DNA of 64,000 nucleotides. Source: a virus. Taxonomy: Duplodnaviria; Caudoviricetes. The stretch is taken from the IMG/VR virus record IMGVR_UViG_3300006115_001097, positions 1,223 to 65,222 of that record, one strand, 5' to 3'. Positions 18,255 to 27,979 of the stretch are shown piece by piece. Under the pieces are notes generated by a model that had not been told where the DNA came from, ran no database searches, and saw nothing but the letters and a program-made list of their open reading frames with translations. The translations under genes were made by a program, and so were the position numbers. The stretch's first letter is position 1. Every line of letters starts with the position of its first letter.

Positions 18255-19088
18255 ATGACGCATTATGACACTTTAGGAGTCGGAGAAAACGCTACTCCCG
18301 ATGAAATTAAAAAGGCTTATAGAAAGTTGGCAAGCCAACACCATCCAGATAAAGGTGGCGATACTGAAAAGTTTCAAGCTATACAAAGTGCGTATGATAC
18401 GCTAGCCGATAATGACAAACGTCAACGTTATGACCATGAAAGACGTAATCCGGGCGGGGTGCATTTTCAATTTCACCAAGGCGATATAAATGATATATTT
18501 AGACAATTTGGATTTCCAGGGGGCATGGATCCATTTGGTCAATTTAGACATCCACAACAACCTCGACGCAATAAAGATTTAAGAATTGAATTACCTGTTC
18601 CATTGGTAACCACACTAGAAGATCAAGTCAAAACCATAAGCGTACAAACTACAAATGGTACCCGAGAAACAGTAGAAGTAAAAATACCACGAGGTGTAGT
18701 CACCGGAACACAAATAAAGTACTCGGGGCTTGGGGACAATTTGTTTAATACAATACCACGTGGAGATTTATATGTGCAAATAACTGTACATCCTGCTGAT
18801 GGATTCTCTGTTAATGGGATTGACTTATACACCAAGTTTAATGTAAACTGCTTAACTGCAATAGCAGGAGGCAATGCTGTTGTAGTTGGACTGGACGCAA
18901 AAGAATTTACAATTACTATTCCGCCAGGTACACAACCCGGAACCAAATTTAGATTAAGCAATCAAGGATTAAATCAATTAAATTCAGATCAAAGAGGAAA
19001 TTTATATGCTGAAATGTCAGTAATAATACCACAAAATTTTACAACAGACCAACTTGAACTTATTCGTACATTAATCAACACTAACTAA
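18255..19088 (+). CDS. dnaJ: DnaJ/CbpA-type co-chaperone (J domain plus C-terminal domain, no Zn finger)
   Basis: HYDTLGV, KKAYRKLA..HHPD, GDLYV, IPPGTQPG. Confidence 0.92.
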   Translation: MTHYDTLGVGENATPDEIKKAYRKLASQHHPDKGGDTEKFQAIQSAYDTLADNDKRQRYDHERRNPGGVHFQFHQGDINDIFRQFGFPGGMDPFGQFRHPQQPRRNKDLRIELPVPLVTTLEDQVKTISVQTTNGTRETVEVKIPRGVVTGTQIKYSGLGDNLFNTIPRGDLYVQITVHPADGFSVNGIDLYTKFNVNCLTAIAGGNAVVVGLDAKEFTITIPPGTQPGTKFRLSNQGLNQLNSDQRGNLYAEMSVIIPQNFTTDQLELIRTLINTN

Positions 19089-19096
19089 ATATTTTT

Positions 19097-21373
19097 ATGA
19101 GCTTACAACATAATCCTGAGATTGAAGTAGTAATACAAAATGCCACAGATGCAGCAAAAAAATACAATCACGAATACGTTACCTTAGAACATCTTGCACT
19201 TGGCTTGGTAACCTTTAAGCCATTTAATGATTTACTATTTGCGTTTGGTGCAGATGTTGATGGATTAACTCGTGATTTAGATGAGTATTTGCAAAAACAA
19301 ACTTATATTGTAACCGAATCTGAAGGATATAATCCAAAGAAAACACACAGTCTAGAAAGAGTTTTTAATCGTGCACTAACACAAGTAATGTTTAGTGGAC
19401 GTAGTCATGCACAAGTTATTGATATCTTTTTAAGTATCTGCACAGAAGCCAACAGTTATGCCAGCTACTTTTTTGCCAAATACGGACTTGACAAATTAAA
19501 AGTAGTTGAGTTCTATAGAGACAATTATGTTGAAACTAGACCGGCACGTAGAGCAAGTAATGCTCGTGCCGAGGAAATACTACGTGAGCATTGTGAGAAC
19601 TTAAACATACAAGCCAAGGAAGGCAAAATTGATCCGGTAGTTGGTAGAGAATTTGAACTGGAAGAAATTGCACACGTTTTGGCCAAGCGTAACAAAAGCA
19701 ATGTATTGCTAGTAGGTGATGCTGGTGTAGGTAAAACTGCCATTGCCGAAGGACTTGCACGTAATATTGTCAATGGCGAAGTTCCTGAATATTTAAAAGA
19801 CTATACAGTTTATAATCTAGATATTGGCAGTTTACTTGCCGGCTCAAAATATCGCGGTGAGTTTGAAGAAAAGTTCAAAGATGTTATTTCTGCATTGCAA
19901 TTGAAAGGCAAGTGCGTATTGTTTATTGACGAAGCGCATCAAATGCGCGGCGCCGGATCTGGTGCACAAAGCTCAGTGGACTTTGCTAACATGATTAAGC
20001 CTGCATTAACAAAGGGTAATATTAAAGTTTTGGCAAGTACTACTTGGGAAGAATACACACAAAGTTTCGAAAAGGATCGTGCACTAATGCGTAGATTCTG
20101 TAGACTTGTTGTTGAGGAGCCTACTCCACAAGTGGCCAAGGAAATTTTATACAATTTGAGAGAGTACTTTGAAACCTTCCATGGTGGCAAGATTGCAGAT
20201 GATGCCATTGAAGCAGCAGTGGATTTAAGTATTCGTTATCAAACAGACAAGCGTTTACCAGATAAGGCAATTGACTTAATTGATACTGCGGCAGCAAAAT
20301 TAAAAATCAATGCAGTTGATTGGACTGTTAACAAAAGCAACATTGTTGATGTTATAAGTAAATTTGTCAAAATACCCGCAGAACAAATTGGCAGTGAGAG
20401 CACCAAAAGTCTAGCAGGATTAGAAGACACAATTAAAACAAAACTCTATGGACAAGACTCAGTTGTTGATACTGTATTAGAAAAGATATATATTGCTCGT
20501 GCTGGATTAAAAAGCATGAATAAGCCAATTGGTAACTTTTTGTTTTTAGGGCCAACAGGTACAGGTAAAACTGAATTAGCAAAATTACTTGCCGAAGGTA
20601 TGGGCATGAAAATGTTACGCTATGATATGAGCGAGTACCAAGAGAAGCATAGTATGGCCAAGTTGATTGGAGCACCACCGGGATATGTGGGGTATGATGA
20701 TGGTATCCTAGGTGGCGGTATGCTGATTAGAGACATTGAAAAGAATCCCAATGCAGTTATACTATTTGACGAAGTTGAAAAAGCACATCCTGATGTAATG
20801 AACGTGTTATTATCATTAATGGATGAAGGTGTTGTTACCAGCAGTAACGGTAAACGAGCAGATGCACGCAATTCAATTGTTATTTTAACTAGTAACTTAG
20901 GTGCCTCAGACAATGAGCGCAACACAATTGGATTCAGTACTAATTTACAAAAGACTGGTGAAGATGACAAAGCAGTACAGGAGTTTTTCAAACCCGAGTT
21001 TCGTAATAGACTAGATGGTGTTTGTAAGTTTAACAAACTAGACAAGTTAAGTATCAAACGTATTGTTCTTAAATTTATTGCCGAAGTTAATGATTTATTA
21101 AGTGATAAATCTATCAAGATTACGCTAACAGAAAAAGCAATAGAACAACTAGCCGAAGTTGGATACGACAGTAAAATGGGGGCTAGACCTTTAGCACGAA
21201 AAATTAGTGATCTTATCAAGGTACCGTTAAGTAAGAAAATATTGTTTAATAATATTGCTCCAGGCACTACCATTGATGTAGATTACAATAAAGAATTTAC
21301 ATTTACCCCAAAAGCGCAAACGCAACAACCTATAGTGGATGAAAATGGATATATCGTTCTGGAACAGTCTTAA
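19097..21373 (+). CDS. clpA: ClpA-type Hsp100 unfoldase
   Basis: Clp-N domain, two AAA+ modules (GDAGVGKT, GPTGTGKT), DMSEY, LFDEVEKAH, IGF ClpP-docking loop. Confidence 0.92.
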   Translation: MSLQHNPEIEVVIQNATDAAKKYNHEYVTLEHLALGLVTFKPFNDLLFAFGADVDGLTRDLDEYLQKQTYIVTESEGYNPKKTHSLERVFNRALTQVMFSGRSHAQVIDIFLSICTEANSYASYFFAKYGLDKLKVVEFYRDNYVETRPARRASNARAEEILREHCENLNIQAKEGKIDPVVGREFELEEIAHVLAKRNKSNVLLVGDAGVGKTAIAEGLARNIVNGEVPEYLKDYTVYNLDIGSLLAGSKYRGEFEEKFKDVISALQLKGKCVLFIDEAHQMRGAGSGAQSSVDFANMIKPALTKGNIKVLASTTWEEYTQSFEKDRALMRRFCRLVVEEPTPQVAKEILYNLREYFETFHGGKIADDAIEAAVDLSIRYQTDKRLPDKAIDLIDTAAAKLKINAVDWTVNKSNIVDVISKFVKIPAEQIGSESTKSLAGLEDTIKTKLYGQDSVVDTVLEKIYIARAGLKSMNKPIGNFLFLGPTGTGKTELAKLLAEGMGMKMLRYDMSEYQEKHSMAKLIGAPPGYVGYDDGILGGGMLIRDIEKNPNAVILFDEVEKAHPDVMNVLLSLMDEGVVTSSNGKRADARNSIVILTSNLGASDNERNTIGFSTNLQKTGEDDKAVQEFFKPEFRNRLDGVCKFNKLDKLSIKRIVLKFIAEVNDLLSDKSIKITLTEKAIEQLAEVGYDSKMGARPLARKISDLIKVPLSKKILFNNIAPGTTIDVDYNKEFTFTPKAQTQQPIVDENGYIVLEQS

Positions 21374-22055
21374 TTCCGATATCAAATTCAAATCTACCAA
21401 GAAGCAATTCTGGGGAAAGTATCTTTGGCGCATGGAAATACAGGCCAATTGTGCCAATGTAGCATGTTATGACGACCCCAAAAATGCTGTAGAAATATTA
21501 AAATACCAAATGCACAATCGATCCAATTTCGGCGGCAGTTGGCGGAGTCCTTATTGGCATAATCACACCAACAAGTATGAGAATGTAGACTTTGGATTAT
21601 TACAAAACATTAGGCTTATCAAAGAAAATTTCAAGGCCAATATTAAAACTCGAATAGAAGATAGTAGCGTACAATTTTATGCTTGTAGCGAAAATGAATT
21701 GAAGTCAATTTCAGCTTTGTTGCCCAAAGATTGTATCTTATACATAACCGGTCCGGTCGCTGGTACTGAGGAGTTATTAAACTCAGATGTAATCATTGCT
21801 CCAAAAATACCATTCAAATACAAAGTGATATTGCGAGATGGCACTTATGCTTTGCCACTAAAAGAACAAATACTTAATTTGTTAGAAAGTCAAGAAGATC
21901 TAAAAATTACTGCTGGATTAAGACACAATCTAAAACGCCCTTATCCGGGAATGTGGGGAGCATTTTTCTATGCAAATGATTTGGGCATTACTACTATGCT
22001 GAGTTTAATGAGTCCAGGGATTGTAGGAAAAATTCACGAGGTAGTTCAAGCATAA
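21345..22055 (+). CDS. Hypothetical phage protein
   Basis: About 236-aa ORF; start uncertain (21339 or 21345). Confidence 0.7.
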   Translation: MDISFWNSLNSDIKFKSTKKQFWGKYLWRMEIQANCANVACYDDPKNAVEILKYQMHNRSNFGGSWRSPYWHNHTNKYENVDFGLLQNIRLIKENFKANIKTRIEDSSVQFYACSENELKSISALLPKDCILYITGPVAGTEELLNSDVIIAPKIPFKYKVILRDGTYALPLKEQILNLLESQEDLKITAGLRHNLKRPYPGMWGAFFYANDLGITTMLSLMSPGIVGKIHEVVQA

Positions 22056-22085
22056 TAAATATTAGTATATTTCAAGGAGTGCATG

Positions 22086-22262
22086 ATGGCACGGATTCAA
22101 GAAGAAGTGATTGTTATTACAGTAAGTAAACTACACAAAAACACACCTGAAGGTACTGTCACTGATAGCGATATTGTATCAGAAGATACAATATCAGCAT
22201 TGGCATCAGTAGCCGAAGAATTGCTTGGCAACGGAGTCGTTGTTGAAGTTAGCAAAGCATAA
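22086..22262 (+). CDS. Small hypothetical protein (MARIQEEVIVITVSKL..., 58 aa), absent from the ORF track
   Basis: TAAATA promoter, AAGGAG RBS, open frame to TAA at 22262. Confidence 0.7.
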   Translation: MARIQEEVIVITVSKLHKNTPEGTVTDSDIVSEDTISALASVAEELLGNGVVVEVSKA

Positions 22263-22283
22263 TCAATTAACCAAAAGGAAAAC

Positions 22284-23171
22284 ATGAGTACTAAGAAACC
22301 TGACGCTAAAAAAAGTCAAAACGATGCCGTTGCATTAATCAAAGCCGCTGCTGCTAAACAAGCTGCACAGGCACAACAACCACAACAACAACAAGGTTCA
22401 CAATATGATTTTAAAAAGAATCATTTGCATATTGGTATCCCTTGTTATGGTGGAATGGTTTCTGAGCCAACAATGACCAGTTTGCTACGTTTTATTCTAC
22501 TTGCACAACAAGCAGGACTAAACTGGAGCCTGGACACAATGGTTAACGAGAGTTTGGTTACTAGGGCACGTAATAACCTAATGGCCAAAATGATGAGCAA
22601 TCCTGCAGCAACACATTTTATGTTCATTGATGCTGATATTCGTTTCCAACCAGAATCAATATTGCAAATGATGGCGTATGAAAAAGACGTTATTGGTGGC
22701 TTGTATCCTAAAAAGGCCCTGCCAGTTAACTATGTTATCAATCTCAAGCCAGAGACAAAGATCCAAGGTGACATCTTTACTGTTGACACAATGGGCACAG
22801 GCTTTTTGATGTTTAAGCGTAATGTATATGAAAAGTTAATTGCAGCACATCCAGAAACAAAATACGTTGATGACGTTGGTTTAGGTAAACAATTTGAGCC
22901 AATGATGTACTCAATCTTTGATTGTAAAATTGACGAAAAAGGACACTATCTTTCAGAAGACTGGTTGTTCTGCAGACGTTGGCAAGAACTAGGTGGCGAA
23001 ATTTGGGCACACAGTAAAGTACTATTAAACCACGTAGGACACTATGAGTATGCAGGTGACTTAGACAAGCTAAAGATTGCCGAACGTGGTAGCATGGGCA
23101 TCATTGAAGATACCCTAGCAGCACAAGGACAAAAACTTGGTGTTCCAGCACCAATCCCTACTCCAGTTTAA
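22284..23171 (+). CDS. GT-A fold glycosyltransferase
   Basis: IGIPCYGG, ESLVTRARN, FIDADI (DxD), GTGF, SEDW.FC. Confidence 0.8.
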   Translation: MSTKKPDAKKSQNDAVALIKAAAAKQAAQAQQPQQQQGSQYDFKKNHLHIGIPCYGGMVSEPTMTSLLRFILLAQQAGLNWSLDTMVNESLVTRARNNLMAKMMSNPAATHFMFIDADIRFQPESILQMMAYEKDVIGGLYPKKALPVNYVINLKPETKIQGDIFTVDTMGTGFLMFKRNVYEKLIAAHPETKYVDDVGLGKQFEPMMYSIFDCKIDEKGHYLSEDWLFCRRWQELGGEIWAHSKVLLNHVGHYEYAGDLDKLKIAERGSMGIIEDTLAAQGQKLGVPAPIPTPV

Positions 23172-23173
23172 TT

Positions 23174-23623
23174 ATGGCCACTACCGAAAAATTGCACATT
23201 AAAATTACTCTAAGTGGCACCTATTGGGATAAGGTGCCCGAGTATACTATATTGGTTGACGATACTCAAATTCAAAGAGCTCAACTGTCTCAACCCACTG
23301 ACACAGAAGAAGTCATTGAGTTTGACACTGAATTAGCCGATGATGAGTATCATGAGCTCAAGATCAGATTGGAAAACAAAACTGATAGTGATACTGTAGA
23401 GAACGAAGATAAAACTGCAATTGTTCGAGATATGGTATTAAACATACAAAAAATTGAGATTGATGAAATTGATCTCGGTCAATTGATATCTACAGCAAGT
23501 TTGTATACTGGCGACGATGCATCAAGACCTGTGCTAGATAACTGTGTAAATCTTGGATGGAACGGAACTTGGGCGTTAAAGTTCCGCAGTCCTTTTTATA
23601 TTTGGCTACTAGAAAACATATAA
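23174..23623 (+). CDS. Hypothetical beta-rich protein
   Basis: 149-aa ORF; pattern resembles 25178-25456. Confidence 0.7.
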   Translation: MATTEKLHIKITLSGTYWDKVPEYTILVDDTQIQRAQLSQPTDTEEVIEFDTELADDEYHELKIRLENKTDSDTVENEDKTAIVRDMVLNIQKIEIDEIDLGQLISTASLYTGDDASRPVLDNCVNLGWNGTWALKFRSPFYIWLLENI

Positions 23624-23652
23624 ACTAAATATAGTAATAGAGAAATATTACT

Positions 23653-25176
23653 ATGTTTGTTACTGAATTATTTGAAGCAAAAGAGCGCCGTGTGTTGGTA
23701 GTATACCCAGGGCGCTTTCAGCCTTTTCACCTAGGACATATTGCGGTACTAAAGCACCTCCAAGCCAAATTTGGAGCAGACAATGTACGTATTGCCACTA
23801 GTCCCAATACTGTTCAAGACAAAATAGCATCGGGCGCAACGCACGATAAAAAGTCAATTCCCAAGAATCCCTTTAACGCAAACGAAAAAATTCAGCTAAT
23901 GAAGGCAGCTGGGGTTAATGATCATCAAATATTATTAGTTAATGATCCATATGGCATAGATGCCGTAGTTAGTGCCGCAGGCGTTGATCCAAGATCAACT
24001 GTTTTAATTTTTGCAGTTGGTGCTCCAGATAAAGAACGTTTAGAAGTTGATAGTGTTTATCAAGAATTTACGCCCAAGCCAGACAAGTTTGGCAATCCTA
24101 GACCAACTAAACTTCCACCGGGCAAAAAAGTAGGTGATGAAAAGCCATTTAAAACACTACCAAAGAATCTAGCAGATACTGTTACTGTAGGTGATGGACA
24201 TGCGTATGTTTTAGTAGTCCCAGAAAAGAAAGTGCCATTTACTATTAATGGCAAAACACTAGATATTAGTCATGGTACTGAGTGCCGTGCAGTATGGAAT
24301 CAAGTTCGAAATAATCCCAAAGAACGTAATGCGTTTTTAAAGACACTATACGGACATGCCACTCCTGAGCTGGTGCATATATTCAACAAGATACAACCTG
24401 ACTCAGGAGCAGAGCCTGTTGCCGGGACACCGCCAGCAAAAACTCCTACCCGGTTACCAGCACCAGCTGAGCCTGCAGGTGGTATGGAGGTTAAAAAGAG
24501 TGCCAAGCGAGCCAATCCATTGGTTAAAGAAGCAGTATTGCCCACTGATGCTCCTCCAGGGCAAGCACCACAGACTGCAACTGCCCCACAGGCACAAGTC
24601 ACTGACACCCCACAGGCTCGAGCAGCCTCTCAAGCACTACAAAAAGGATTGCAAAAATATCAACTATTGTATCCCAATACCGATCATGGCTTTATCACAA
24701 GATTTATCGATCACATTGAACCCAATGGTACTATAGTTGTTGCTGGCGACAACAGTCCACAAAAAATCAAAGCATTGTTGGCACAGGGCGGCGGAGCACA
24801 GTTTCAAGTTGTTAATCAAGAGCAATTGCAAATAGCACAAGTTAGAACCGTGCAAGAAATGGGAGGGGTTGGTGTCGTCAAAGGTGGCAGTGATCCACGT
24901 TATAGTACTGCCACAATGGGCGATCAAAATGCAGTAACTGGCAAAACACTAGGTAAAGAAATGCGTGATCTTCATCTTGCTGAAGTTGATGATTTTGATA
25001 CAACTGCTGCTAAAATGAAACAAAACTTATTGGACATGGTTGATATGCGTATACACAGTATTCAACAAATGATCAAGGGCGATCCTGAAGCTGCACAGGC
25101 ATTTACACCAAAGTTAAAAGAACTTGAACAAAAGAAACTAGAGATAATTATAGGTAGAAAGTTAGGAGCCAACTAA
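23653..25176 (+). CDS. HIGH-motif nucleotidyltransferase (cytidylyltransferase/NMNAT-like) with a long C-terminal extension
   Basis: YPGRFQPFHLGH, ISHGT; CTS-like N-terminus MFVTELFE. Confidence 0.75.
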   Translation: MFVTELFEAKERRVLVVYPGRFQPFHLGHIAVLKHLQAKFGADNVRIATSPNTVQDKIASGATHDKKSIPKNPFNANEKIQLMKAAGVNDHQILLVNDPYGIDAVVSAAGVDPRSTVLIFAVGAPDKERLEVDSVYQEFTPKPDKFGNPRPTKLPPGKKVGDEKPFKTLPKNLADTVTVGDGHAYVLVVPEKKVPFTINGKTLDISHGTECRAVWNQVRNNPKERNAFLKTLYGHATPELVHIFNKIQPDSGAEPVAGTPPAKTPTRLPAPAEPAGGMEVKKSAKRANPLVKEAVLPTDAPPGQAPQTATAPQAQVTDTPQARAASQALQKGLQKYQLLYPNTDHGFITRFIDHIEPNGTIVVAGDNSPQKIKALLAQGGGAQFQVVNQEQLQIAQVRTVQEMGGVGVVKGGSDPRYSTATMGDQNAVTGKTLGKEMRDLHLAEVDDFDTTAAKMKQNLLDMVDMRIHSIQQMIKGDPEAAQAFTPKLKELEQKKLEIIIGRKLGAN

Positions 25177-25177
25177 A

Positions 25178-25456
25178 ATGGCTCACACAGTTATCACCTT
25201 AGATGTGTACTGTGATACAACGCAACACGGCACTCCTGTGTATCGTGTTTATGTGGACAATGACCTACTAACTGAACGTAGTTGGGTATGGCCTGCATAC
25301 GAAATATTCATACAAGAAAACTTAGAAGTAGATATCGAACCTGGCGCACACCAAGTTCGCATAGAAAACTGTGGAGCTGAAACTGTATTTAGACCCCGTA
25401 ATTTAACAGTCAATGGCGAATTAGTGAACACACAAGATTTACAGTTTTCTACTTAA
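25178..25456 (+). CDS. Hypothetical beta-rich protein
   Basis: 92-aa ORF. Confidence 0.7.
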   Translation: MAHTVITLDVYCDTTQHGTPVYRVYVDNDLLTERSWVWPAYEIFIQENLEVDIEPGAHQVRIENCGAETVFRPRNLTVNGELVNTQDLQFST

Positions 25457-25487
25457 CGCTAAATATACAATATATTCAGGAATCACG

Positions 25488-27332
25488 ATGAAACCCACAG
25501 AATTTTTACGAGAATTTACCGATGCACCCAGTGATGGCACTGATGCAACTATGGCTAAAAACACCTTGCACACCATTGTACGTGTAGCCAGTCACTTAGA
25601 AGGTGCGTTAAGCGACAACGAACATTTACCTGAATGGGTCGAGGAAAAACTCGGAGCTATTAAAGAAATGATGGTCACTGTCATGGACTATGCATTGAGC
25701 CAACACGAAATAGACAAAGAACACGAAGACGAATTGCCTGCGTTCAACATTGGTGATGCTGAGCGCACCATGAGCGAGATGGTTGCCGATGAAGGAATTG
25801 AAGAAAGTGATTTGTATTTGCCAAAGTCACATGTGGAGGAGGGCCAAGGAGATTTTGAAAAAGCACTTGCTCGATTTGATGGTGAAGGTAATATTGGTGG
25901 TTGGATACCTGAAACTGAATCAAATTATGAATTTGGCAAGTATCAACCCATGGTAGATAAAGCACTTGAACAGGGTGCAAAGATTTATGACTATGATGAT
26001 AATGAAGGTGGTTATGATTATCATGGAGAAATAATTGCAAGCCCAGATGGCATGTTCTATTCTAATATAAATAATGAAATTGCCGCACACAAAGGCATGG
26101 GTGAAATGATGCGAGCAATTAGAAAAGCATTTGATGTAGACAGTTACCATGGCATGGGCGAACCAGGACCAACCAAATTTGACAAGTTAAATTCAAGACG
26201 TCCTACTACTCCCGATGATCTATACAAAGTCGACAATGAGAAGCTGGGTAGAAAAAAGGGCACGTTAACTAAATCACGCAGAGATGCCATGAAGTCGCCT
26301 TATCGTGGTGGCTTAGGTGGACCAAAGGGTGTGTTGCCCGAGCAAGGTGTGGCGGAGGGTGTTAACGAATATCTATGGCACGGGTCTAGGTATAGAAATG
26401 AGGTACTAGTACCGCGTCAGGCTAATGATACCGGTGGTAAAGAAGAAAGTAATAAAAATGCTATATATGCTACACCTAGTGCAAAAGTTGCTATAGCAAT
26501 GGGACTTACTACACCGGGCTCGGATACAGGTATGTTTCCTAATGACCCACAAATGGTACTATTCAAGGGCGGTATTAGAAAAGGTGAAATGGTTTACTTG
26601 CACAAGGTACCTAAAGATTTATTCATAAAACACAACAGCAGAGAATGGTATAGTAAACCCGATGTAAAAGAAATTAAACCCATAGACGTAGTAACAGTTC
26701 CCGTAGACAAATGGTTAAGTTTGATTAGAACTGCTACCCCTAAAGATTTAGAACTACAGAAAAAAAACATGAAGAAGCAAGGTGTGGCGGAAGGTCGTAG
26801 AGATGCTTACCAACGCGACTATGACAGAAGCGTTGCCGGCATGGATGCAGGTCCGCTGGGATATGAAGAAGAATGGGACGAAGGGCCCCGAGAACCCACT
26901 TATACAGTGTATGTAAGTGACGGCACAACATGGCACCGTGAGGGTGGCGTATACGATCACGAGATGGCAGCACAACGCTATATCCATCAACAGGTGTTTA
27001 CAAAAAATCCCCAAGCACGAGTGGGCATATTGGGCCCGGGTGATGCCAAGCCGGTAGTGGTACCACCAATCAAGGGACACACATATAAAGAATCTGTAAA
27101 AGGTGCCATGGGCTTGAAAGAAATGGCATCATTGCGACAACAACTCAAACACGAACTGAATCGACTGAGTGAAGATTCCGGTGCTACTGTAAGCAGTTCA
27201 GTTGCCACTGTGGTTACTGAACTAGGTGCTGGTGGCATGACTAGAAAACAAGTTGAATCAAAACTAAAAGGTTATACCAATAGACAAAGCAACGTCAAGC
27301 ATGATATCAAACCACCCAAGGCTAAAAAATAA
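25488..27332 (+). CDS. Mosaic putative internal-head polyprotein containing an ART-fold-like module
   Basis: MKPTEFLRE start after CTAAATA; two QGVAEG linkers; LWHGS...IYATP module between them. Confidence 0.65.
   Translation: MKPTEFLREFTDAPSDGTDATMAKNTLHTIVRVASHLEGALSDNEHLPEWVEEKLGAIKEMMVTVMDYALSQHEIDKEHEDELPAFNIGDAERTMSEMVADEGIEESDLYLPKSHVEEGQGDFEKALARFDGEGNIGGWIPETESNYEFGKYQPMVDKALEQGAKIYDYDDNEGGYDYHGEIIASPDGMFYSNINNEIAAHKGMGEMMRAIRKAFDVDSYHGMGEPGPTKFDKLNSRRPTTPDDLYKVDNEKLGRKKGTLTKSRRDAMKSPYRGGLGGPKGVLPEQGVAEGVNEYLWHGSRYRNEVLVPRQANDTGGKEESNKNAIYATPSAKVAIAMGLTTPGSDTGMFPNDPQMVLFKGGIRKGEMVYLHKVPKDLFIKHNSREWYSKPDVKEIKPIDVVTVPVDKWLSLIRTATPKDLELQKKNMKKQGVAEGRRDAYQRDYDRSVAGMDAGPLGYEEEWDEGPREPTYTVYVSDGTTWHREGGVYDHEMAAQRYIHQQVFTKNPQARVGILGPGDAKPVVVPPIKGHTYKESVKGAMGLKEMASLRQQLKHELNRLSEDSGATVSSSVATVVTELGAGGMTRKQVESKLKGYTNRQSNVKHDIKPPKAKK
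26341..26360 (+). repeat. 20-bp repeat copy 1 (AGCAAGGTGTGGCGGAGGGT)
   Basis: 19/20 identical to the copy at 26776; encodes QGVAEG. Confidence 0.9.
26776..26795 (+). repeat. 20-bp repeat copy 2 (AGCAAGGTGTGGCGGAAGGT)
   Basis: Direct reading of the sequence. Confidence 0.9.
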
Positions 27333-27979
27333 TGGATCAGCACTTTAGCAATATCATAAACACGTTCAAACGTTTAGACGAGTCAACAAAAAAGAACAGT
27401 CACGGACACAGCAAAAAACAACAAGCAGCTATTGCTATTGCTAAACAAGGCATGGCGGAAGGCGGTATGCATGATGCCGAGCACAATCCACGTGGCGCTA
27501 AATTTGGCGGCTATTGGAAAGGCACAGACAAGAATCCGCCTCGACCAGGTCAGGGTGTAGGTTCATCTGAAAGCATCCAGGAAGAAATAGCACGTGAGTG
27601 GAAAGCCTACGTTCAAGAAGCTGGCGCAAACAATCCACAACAAGGTGGACAACAACTAAATCCACAACAACAACAGGCTCGGGAACGAACATTAACAACC
27701 AGTGTACAAAAAATTTCTCAAGCCACTGGTAAAAAGCCTGTAGGTGGTGTTCCTATTGCGGTAAAAGGTGCTGATGAATTGTTAAAGAATCCCAATGCTG
27801 ATCCTGCAACAGGAAAAGGCATGAGCCCACAAGCTAAAAAGTTTACAGCCACTGTAACTGATGAACTTGGGCCGGCACTACTAGATCCACAAGCGGCTCA
27901 ACAAATTGCTACAGCAGTTAAACAGGCAACACAAAAACAAAAAATGCTGCCGCAGGAGTCAAATAATGTTTTTAAATGA
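27332..27979 (+). CDS. Putative internal-head protein
   Basis: QGMAEG linker, Gln-rich segment, x-x-E linkers. Confidence 0.6.
   Translation: MDQHFSNIINTFKRLDESTKKNSHGHSKKQQAAIAIAKQGMAEGGMHDAEHNPRGAKFGGYWKGTDKNPPRPGQGVGSSESIQEEIAREWKAYVQEAGANNPQQGGQQLNPQQQQARERTLTTSVQKISQATGKKPVGGVPIAVKGADELLKNPNADPATGKGMSPQAKKFTATVTDELGPALLDPQAAQQIATAVKQATQKQKMLPQESNNVFK
27444..27463 (+). repeat. 20-bp repeat copy 3, degenerate (AACAAGGCATGGCGGAAGGC)
   Basis: 17/20 identical to copy 4. Confidence 0.75.
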
